Below, piece by piece: positions 53,201 to 62,200 of a stretch of 64,000 bases of DNA (position 1 is its first letter; each line of letters opens with the position of its first letter). The notes below the pieces were generated by a model. It worked only from the letters and a program-made list of their open reading frames with translations. It was not told the DNA's origin and made no database searches. The stretch is from Glaucostegus cemiculus. Taxonomy: Eukaryota. The translations under genes and the position numbers were made by a program. The stretch spans positions 1,178,001 to 1,242,000 of the forward strand of contig CDPCPM010000018.1 in NCBI GenBank assembly GCA_976551045.1, read 5' to 3'.

Positions 53201-56200
53201 ACATAGGTTATTGTGCCCTGTGAACTAAATGAATTCGGGCACCTTAATAATGAATTAAGAAGAATATCAGTTCATTCTAAGTGAATATTCACTATAGATA
53301 TGTTTCTAATTTCCAGTTTTTATTTCTGAGTCAGTGAATTTCAAATTGTGAATTTCCATTTTTCAATATTTCTTGAATTTCACCAAAGGCAATTTATAAT
53401 TTTCAAGTACTGTGACTTTAATGATCAATGTAACCAAGAATGTCATGTACTCACTTGGTTATTTTGTGTGATGTCAAAGTAATTTTTTTGAGGTAGGCAG
53501 GTGTATTGATTACTTTGCACCTGTTAAGGCACATCATATTCTCTGTAGTATTTCATGATATTGAGAGACAAAATTTCAGCTGTCAAATACAAATGACATA
53601 AAAGTGATTGGATAAAAGTGATTGAGATGTTGTTCCACTATTCACTGCAGACATCGATGAATGCGCAACCAACACATCAAACTGTCAACAAGTCTGCACC
53701 AACACAATTGGAAGCTTCATGTGCAGTTGTAATCCAGGCTTCAGCATCAACGTGACCAATACTTCAGTTTGTGTTGGTGAGGTTATGCCCAAACATTTAT
53801 TTTCTCAGATTTTGAAATTGAAGTTTAATGTGTCTTTTGAAATTGAGGTGGTCCAGAAATGAATTTAGTCACATTAATATTTGATGAAAAATGATATATT
53901 TTCTTTCTCTGTGATATTTCAGTGCAGCAATAAATATACTACAGCTTAGTTTTAAGACTCACGGAAAAATGTCCTACCTTATGGTTGGTAAACTTCAAAA
54001 AACTTTTAAAGTTTACCTCTGAATTATAATGTAATACCTGCAGTTTATAATAATACTGGCATTTCACCAAAGGCTAAGTAAAATTCAAATTACTTTGTTG
54101 CCAATGATCAATGTCACAAAGGTGGCTTAAACTCAGCTGGTAGTGGTTTGTAAAGCCATGGAAATGTATTTTGAGAAGCATTGTTCCATACACTGGATTG
54201 TCACTGTGCAGGGCAACCTTAAATCCATTGTAGATCAGAAGATTTATTGAGAGAGTTCCTGCTGGGAAAGGGCAAATGCTAAGCAAGTATTTGATATGTC
54301 ATTCACTTCTTTCCCTCCAGACATTGATATTAAGAAATAGATGTAAATGATAATATCTGAAGGAAGTTATATTTCCACAATTATTATTCATGAGTCAGCA
54401 AATTCAAAAATCATGAACTTCCATTTTACAGCATTCGTTGAATTTCACCAAAGGCAGTTTAACATGTGAAAGTACTGTGACGTTAATGATCAAGATGTCC
54501 AAGAGTGTCATGCACTCACCTGGTTGTGTTTTGCAATGTCAAAGTAAGACCTTTGAGGAAGGCAGGTGTAAGGATTGTCTTGAACCTGTAAATTCACATT
54601 ATATTCTCTATAGCTTTTCACGATAGTATGAGAGAAAATTTCAGCTGGTAAACAATGACACAGAAGTGATTGGAAAGAAGTGAATGAGACGTCATTCCTT
54701 TATTCCCTGCACACATCGATGAATGCGCAACCAACACATCAAACTGTCAGAATTAGAATCAGAATTAGAATCAGTTTTATTGTCACAACCATATACACAT
54801 ATACAGTATGCATAGGAGCGAGATACCGTCCTCCACAGGTGCACGTCACATTAAGTATTAAACAGAAGAGACACACAGACACACATTGAAAAAGAACATT
54901 AAAACCACGAAAATGAATTTAAATTCTGCAGCTTAAATAAATAGTTTTAAAATGAGTGAACCGTCAACAAATCTGCACCAACACAATTGGAAGCTTCATG
55001 TGCAGTTGTAAACCAGGCTTCAGCGTCAACATGAACAATACTTCAGTTTGTAATGGTGAGATGTTTCACAAATATATCTTCTTTCAAGTGTGGAAAATAA
55101 AATTTAATGTGTCTTTTAAAACTGAGGTAGTTCAGAAATGAATCTTATGTCTCATTAATGCAATATGTCATTCAATCAACTCATCGAAATGTGAACAAAT
55201 CTGCACCAACACAATCGGAAGCTTGCTGCACAGTGGCTTCAGCACCAACGTGACCAGTACTTAGATTTGTGATGGAAGGAAGTGGCAAACTCTGTTTCTC
55301 ATACATTGCAAAGAATATTCAATGTGGCAGTTGGGCCTCATAGATTATTGTGCCCTGTGAACTAATTTGATTCTGATATCAGTTGATCCTCAATGTGCCT
55401 TCAATATAGAGTTGTCTCTATGGCAAAAGGAATATTCAGAAATAGAGGTAAATGATAATATCTGAAGGAAGGTAAATTTCAACAATTTTTATTCATGAGT
55501 CAGTGAATTTCAAACTGTGAATTTCCATTTTCAACACTGCTTGAATATCACCAAAGGCAGTTTATATAGTGTGATGTTAGTGATCAAAGTAGCCAAGAGT
55601 GCCATACACTCACCCGGTTATGTTATGCAATGTCAAAGTAATACTCTTGTGGAAGGCAGGTGTATTGATAGTCTTGCCCCTGTAAAGATACATCATACAG
55701 GCTGAAGATAATCAATACTATTTCATAACATTAAGAGACAAATTTTTAGTTGGCAAAGACAAATGACATAAAAATGATTGGATAAAAGTGATTGGATAAA
55801 AGTGATTGAGATGTTGTTCCGTTATGTACTGCAGATATCGATGAATGTGCAACAAAAACATCAAACTGTCAACAAATTTGCAGCAACACAATTGGAAGTT
55901 TCATGTGCAGTTGTAATCCAGGCTTCAGCATCAACGTGACCAATAGTTCAGTTTGTGATGGTGAGATGTTTCCTAAACATTAATTTTTTTGGATATGGAA
56001 AATAAAATTTAATGTGTCTTTTAAACCTGTGAACCAGAAGTGAATTTTAGTCATGTTAATATTGGAAAACAATATCTTTTCTTTCTCTGTGACTCTGCAG
56101 TATAGTCACTAATCCTTGACAGTTTAATTTTAAAAATCAAGGTAAAATGTCCTACCTGATGGTATTTAAACTTCTAAAATCTCTTCATGTTATCCTGTGA

Positions 56201-59200
56201 AATAACAGATTTGTTATAATGGGTGATTTCAACTTCCCAAATATAGATTGGGACATGCTTAGTGCCAAAGGTTTAGAAGGGAACAAGTTTGTTAAATATG
56301 TCCAGGATGGATTCCTGACGCAGTATGTTGATAGGCCAACTAGAGGGAATGCCGTGTTGGATCTAGTTTTAGGAAATGAACTGGGACAGCTGAGCGATCT
56401 ACTGGTGGGTGAGCATTTGGGGGACAGTGATCATTGCTCCATAACCTTTAGAATTGTCATGGACAGGTTTAGGTGCAGAGAGGACAGGAAGATATTTAAT
56501 TGGGGAAGGGCGGACTATGCAGCTATAAGGAGAGAACTTGGGGGTGTAAATTGGGAAGTCCTTTTTGTAGGGAAATGTACTATGGAGATGTGGATGATGT
56601 TCAGGGATCTTTTACAGGATGTTAGGGATAAATATGTCCCGGCGAGACAGAGAAGGAATGGCAGGGTGAAGGAACTGTGGGTGACCAGAGAGGTGGAACG
56701 ACTGGTTAGGAGGAAGAAGGCAGTGTACGTAAGGTGTAAGCAGCAAGGCTCAGACAGGGCCCGTGAGGAATATAGTGTAGTGAAGAAGGAACTTAAGAAA
56801 GGACTGAGAAGAGCTAGAAGGGGACATGAAAAGACCTTGGCTAGTAGGTTTAAGGAAAATCCCAAGGCTTTTTTCTCGTACGTGAAGGGCAGAAGGATGG
56901 ATAGGGTAAAGGTAGGTCCGATTAAAGACAAAGGTGGGAGGATGTGCCTGGAGGCGGTGGAAGTAGGAGAGGTTCTAAATGAATACTTCTCTTCAGTATT
57001 CACCAAGGTGTCTTGATGACGTGGTAGAGAGTACTGGTAAGGGTAATGTTCTCGACTATGTTATCAAGAGGGAGGATGTGTAGAAGTTGTTAAATAATAT
57101 CAAGACAGGTAAGTCTCCGGGGCCTGATGGTATATTCCCCAGGCTGCTTCAAGAGGCGAGGGGGGAAACTGTTGATCCACTGGTGAGGATCTTTGTTGTC
57201 CACAGGGATGGTGCTGGAGGATTGGCAGGTAGCAAATGTTGTCCCCTTGTTCAAGAAAGTTAGTAGGGATAGTCCAGCGAATTACAGACCGGTGAGTCTC
57301 ACGTCTGTGGTGGGTAAGCTGTTAGAAAGGATTCTTAGGGATAGGATCTATGAACATCTGGAAAGTTGATTAGGGACAGTCAGCATGGCTTTGTGAAGGG
57401 AAGATCTTGCCTCACGAGCCTGATAGAATTCTTTGAGGAGGTGACGAGGAAGCTTGATGAGGGCAGTGCAGTGGATGTGGTCTACATAGATTCTAGTAAG
57501 GCGTTCGATAAGGTTCCTCATGGTAGGCTTCTTCAGAAGGGCAGAGGGTCAAGGCATCCAGAGAAGATTGGCTGTGTGGATCAGGAATCGGCTTGCTTGT
57601 AGAAAGCAGAGGGTTGTGGTGGAGGGAGTGCCCTCGGATTGGAGGACTGTGACTAGTGGTGTCCCGCAGGGATCGATTCTGGGACCTCTACTCTTTGTTA
57701 TATTTATAGATGACTTAGATGAAGGGGTGGAAGGATGGGTTAGTAAATTTGTGGATGACACCAAGATCGGCGGTGTGGTGGATAGTGTGGAGGACTGTCA
57801 GAGCTTACAGAGGGATATTGATAGGACGCAGAGCTGGGCGGACAGGTGTCAGATGGAGTCTAATCTGAAGATGTGTGAGGTGGTGCACTTTGGTAGGACA
57901 AACTCCATGGCAGAGTACAAGGTAAATGGCAAGATACTTGGCAGCGTAGAGAGCAGAGGGATCTGGGGGTTCATATCAACAGTTCACTCAAAGTTGCCTC
58001 GCAGCTGGATAGGGCAGTTAAGAAGGCTTATGGGATGCTAGCTTTTATAAATCATGGGATTGAGTTCAAGAGCAGAGAGGTGATGGTGCTGCTTTACAAA
58101 ACTCTATTTAGACCGCACTTAGAGTATTGTGTTAAGTTCTGGTCACCACATTATAGGAAGGATGTGGAGGTGTTGGAGAGGGTACAGAGGCAAATTACCA
58201 GGATGATGCCTGGATTAGAGGGTATGGAATATGAAGAGAGGCTTAAGGTGCTAGGGCTTTACTCGTTGGAGAGGAGGAGGATAAGAAGAGACTTGATAGA
58301 GGTGTATAAAATATTGAGAGGAATAGATAGAGTAGACAGCCAGTGCCTCTTTCCCAGGGCACAGATACTCAAGATGAGAGGGAATGGCTTTAAGGTATTG
58401 GGTGGAAAGTTCAGGGGAGATGTCAGAGGGAAGTTTTTCACCCAGAGAGTGGTTGGCACATGGAATGCGCTGCCTGGGGTGGTGGTGGAGGCAGATACAT
58501 TGGACAAGTTCAAGAGATTGTTAGATAGGCATATGGAGGAATGTGGGATAGAGGGATATGTGGGAGGAAAGAGTTAGATCGTGTGAGGTTTGATGGACAA
58601 CACAACATGGTGGGCCGAAGGGCCTGTTTAGTGCTGTATTGTTCTACGGTTCTATGGAAGTATAAATATAGTTGTAGTGTATAATAATTTTGCCATTTCA
58701 CCAAAGTGTATGTAAACTTCAAAGCACTCTGATCATTGATGAATTTCATGAAGAGTGGCACATACTTAGTTGGTAATGGTCCTAATCTCAGGGAAATATT
58801 TTTGAGAAACACTGCTCCATACCCTGTGTTGACACTATACAGTGCATCCTGCAATCTCATAGATCAGAACATTAATTGGCAGAGTTTCTGTTGGCAAAGG
58901 CAAATGCTAAGCAAGTGTTTGATTGTCATGCACTCCTTTTCCTCCAGACATCGATGAATGTGACACCACCACATCAAACTGTCAACAAGTCTGCACCAAC
59001 ACAATCGGAAGTTTCATGTGCAGTTGTAACCCTGGCTTCAGCATCAACATGTCCGATACTTCGCGTTGTGATGGTGGGATATTTTCCAAATATATATTTT
59101 CTCAGATTTTGGAAATAATATTTAATGTGGTAGTTCATTCTGGATTTGAATACTGAGGCAGTCCGGAAATGAATTTTAGTCACCTTAATATTGAATGAAA

Positions 59201-62200
59201 AATGATTCATTTCTTCCCCTGTGATACCTCATAATAGTGATATGTTACCACAGAAATATTTATTAAAATCATGTTAAAATGTCATATATTATGACAGTTA
59301 AACTTCTAATATCTATTCATGTTATCCTGTGAAATATTAATCTTATACCAGCAGTATATAATAATTGTGCCACTTCACCAAAGGGTATGTAAACTTTACA
59401 ACATTGATTATTGGCATTAAAGTATTTTGAAGAGTGGCACACACTCACTTGGTAATGATGTGTAATGTCAGGAAAATATAGTTGAGAATCACTGCTCCAT
59501 ACACAGTGCTGCCACTGTACAGTGCATTCTGAAATCTATTGTGGATCAGAACATCAATGGACAGAGTTTCTGTTGATGAAGGCAAATTCTAAGCAAGTTT
59601 AAAATGTCATTCACTCCTTTTCCTCCAGACGTCGATGAATGTGCAACCAACACATCGAACTGTCAACAAATCTGTACCAACACGATTGGAAGCTTCATCT
59701 GCAGTTGTAACCCTGGCTTCAGCATCAATGTGTCCAATACTTCGCTTTGTGATGGTGGGATGTTTTGCAAACTCATGTTTTCTCAGATTCAGTAAAAAAA
59801 AAATTTAATGTGGCAGCTCTGACTGTCTTTTAAAAATGAGATGTTCCTAAAATCACAAAAAGTCACCTTAAAATTGGATGAAATTGGATATCATTTCTTT
59901 TTTTCTGTGATACATCACAGCAGTGATATGTTACCACAGAATTAATTATTAAAATCAATGTAGAATCTCATATCTTATGGTTTATAAACTTCTAAAATCT
60001 CTTGAAGGAAAAAAAACAAGATGCTGGAGGAACTCAGCAGGTTAGGCAGCATCCATGGAGAAAAGCAGTCAACGTTTTGGGTCAGGACCCTTCTTCAGGA
60101 CTTAAGATAGGAAAAGGGGAAAACAAAGCAGTGATAGTTGGACAAAAGAAGGGAGGCAGGGTGGGCACAAGGTGGTGATAAGTAGATACAGCTAAGAGGT
60201 AGTGATAAGCAAATGTGGGGGAGGAGGGGAGAGCAGATCCAGCAGGGGATGGGTCAAAGCTATTGAGGCAGGCGCCCCATGGGGAGAGGGGAGGAGAAAA
60301 AAGTGATAGGCTAGGAAATGGAAAAAATTAGAAGATGCATGGTGGGGGTCGGAGGGGATGGTTTACTTAAGGTGGGAGAATTCAATGTTCATGCCATTAG
60401 GCTGTAAGGTCCCAATCAGGGTAAACTGTTGAATGTTTAGCAAGTAAATCTTCCACAATTCTTCACATTACCCTGTGAAATCTGGTAATGAAACCTGAAT
60501 TTTTCAATATTTTGACCATTTCACCATAGGGTATAAAATCTTGATAGTACTGTGATGCCAATGATCAAAATTAGCAATGATTGGCACAAACTCAGCTGGT
60601 AATGTAATGTCAAAGCAATATTTTTGAGAAACACAGTTCCATATACCATGTTGCCTCTGGACGGTGACATCCTGTAGTCTTTTATAGATCAGAATATTAA
60701 CTGACAGTCATTCAGTTGGGAAAAACAAACAATGTTGACCTTTGACCTCCCAACCTTCATCCCCCCCCCCCCACTAAAAACACACACACACACACTCTGA
60801 CTATCCCCAATTTTTATGTTACTTCCATGGCAATCTTTGTTGCTGTACTGCGATGGGCAAGGATCTTATAAGCGCTGACACACTATCAGTTGGCAATGAC
60901 ACAGCAGCTGCGAGCTCTGGATTGACATCCTGCAGAGATTCCATTTTAGCGCATGAATGGGAGTGCTAAATGCCGTAGCAACATTCTTCATTTATTTTTG
61001 GTCAATTTTGTGTATTTTGGGGGGAAATGGAAGATATTAGCAACACCTACAGCACACATTTCATGCACCAAGATGGTGAACTCCAGTTTCTCAGGTTATA
61101 CATTCTGTAATAAGAATATTATATTGCAGAATTGAGTCATTCTTGTCATTAAGGAGGTTGAAAGTTTTGACTATATCATAACCTTTCTAAAAAAAGTTTG
61201 CAGTTCCTGAGTTTCAATTTCTCAATGAAATTGTCATATGATATGCATATTGTCTTGAAAGTTCTATATTGATAAAGTTATGTGAAGAAAATAATAACCA
61301 ATAGTAGTCATTTGATATCTGGCTTTGCCTTGCTGGGAGGCAGTGGTCATGGGGTCAGTCAGTCCTTTCAGAGTAACCTAAGCAAATAAATGGAGTGCAA
61401 TGGAGTTTAAGATATTGAGAGGAATAGATAGAGTTAATAGTCAGCGCCTCTTTCCCAGAGTGCAGATGCTCAAGACGAGAGGGCATGCCTTTAAGATAAT
61501 AGGTGAAAAGTATAGTGGAGATGTCAGAGGGAAGTTTTTCACCCAGAGAGTGGTTGGTGCATGGAATGCACTGCCTGGGGTGGTAGTGGAGGTAGATACG
61601 TTGGACAGGTTTAAGAGATTGTTAGATAAGCACATGGAAGAATGTGGAATAGTAGGATATGAGGGTGGAAAGAGTTAGTTTGGGAGATGTTTGTAGGATG
61701 GCACAGCTTGATGGGCCGAAGGGCCTGTTCTGTGCTGTATTGTTCTATTGTTCTATTGTTTGTTCATTTCGAACTCGGTACAGAGAACCACAATTCACCA
61801 GTGGTAAAGCAGGTGAATGCTTACTATGATCAGTAGGCTGTCAGTCAGGTGGGCTGCTTGGTACTGGATGATGTTGACTTTATTGAAAATTATTTCAGGA
61901 CTCATCCAGACAAGTGGAAAGAAGACAGGATGGCATCCCCAAACCCATGGATTCCAATGCATGATAAATTAGGAGGAGAGTCACTGGTTTGGGAATGGGA
62001 GGTGGTTGAGTGGCCGAGAATTGGAAGTAGGGTTGGCAGCAGAACTGAGGGTTGGTTCCTGATGATCAGAAGATATGTCAGCGATCATGGGTCTGGAGCA
62101 GAGGGTTGAGGTGAGGATTTCTTCAGGAGTTTTGTGGTTGTAGGGGATGATTACAGGTGGTGGCTGTTAGATTGGTAGTCATAGGTGGGAGTGGGGGTTG

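Noticed and set aside
60730-61140. C-run/(CA)n tract and short ORF 60953-61135
   Set aside because: Short simple repeats and a featureless 60-aa ORF; no coding or splice evidence.
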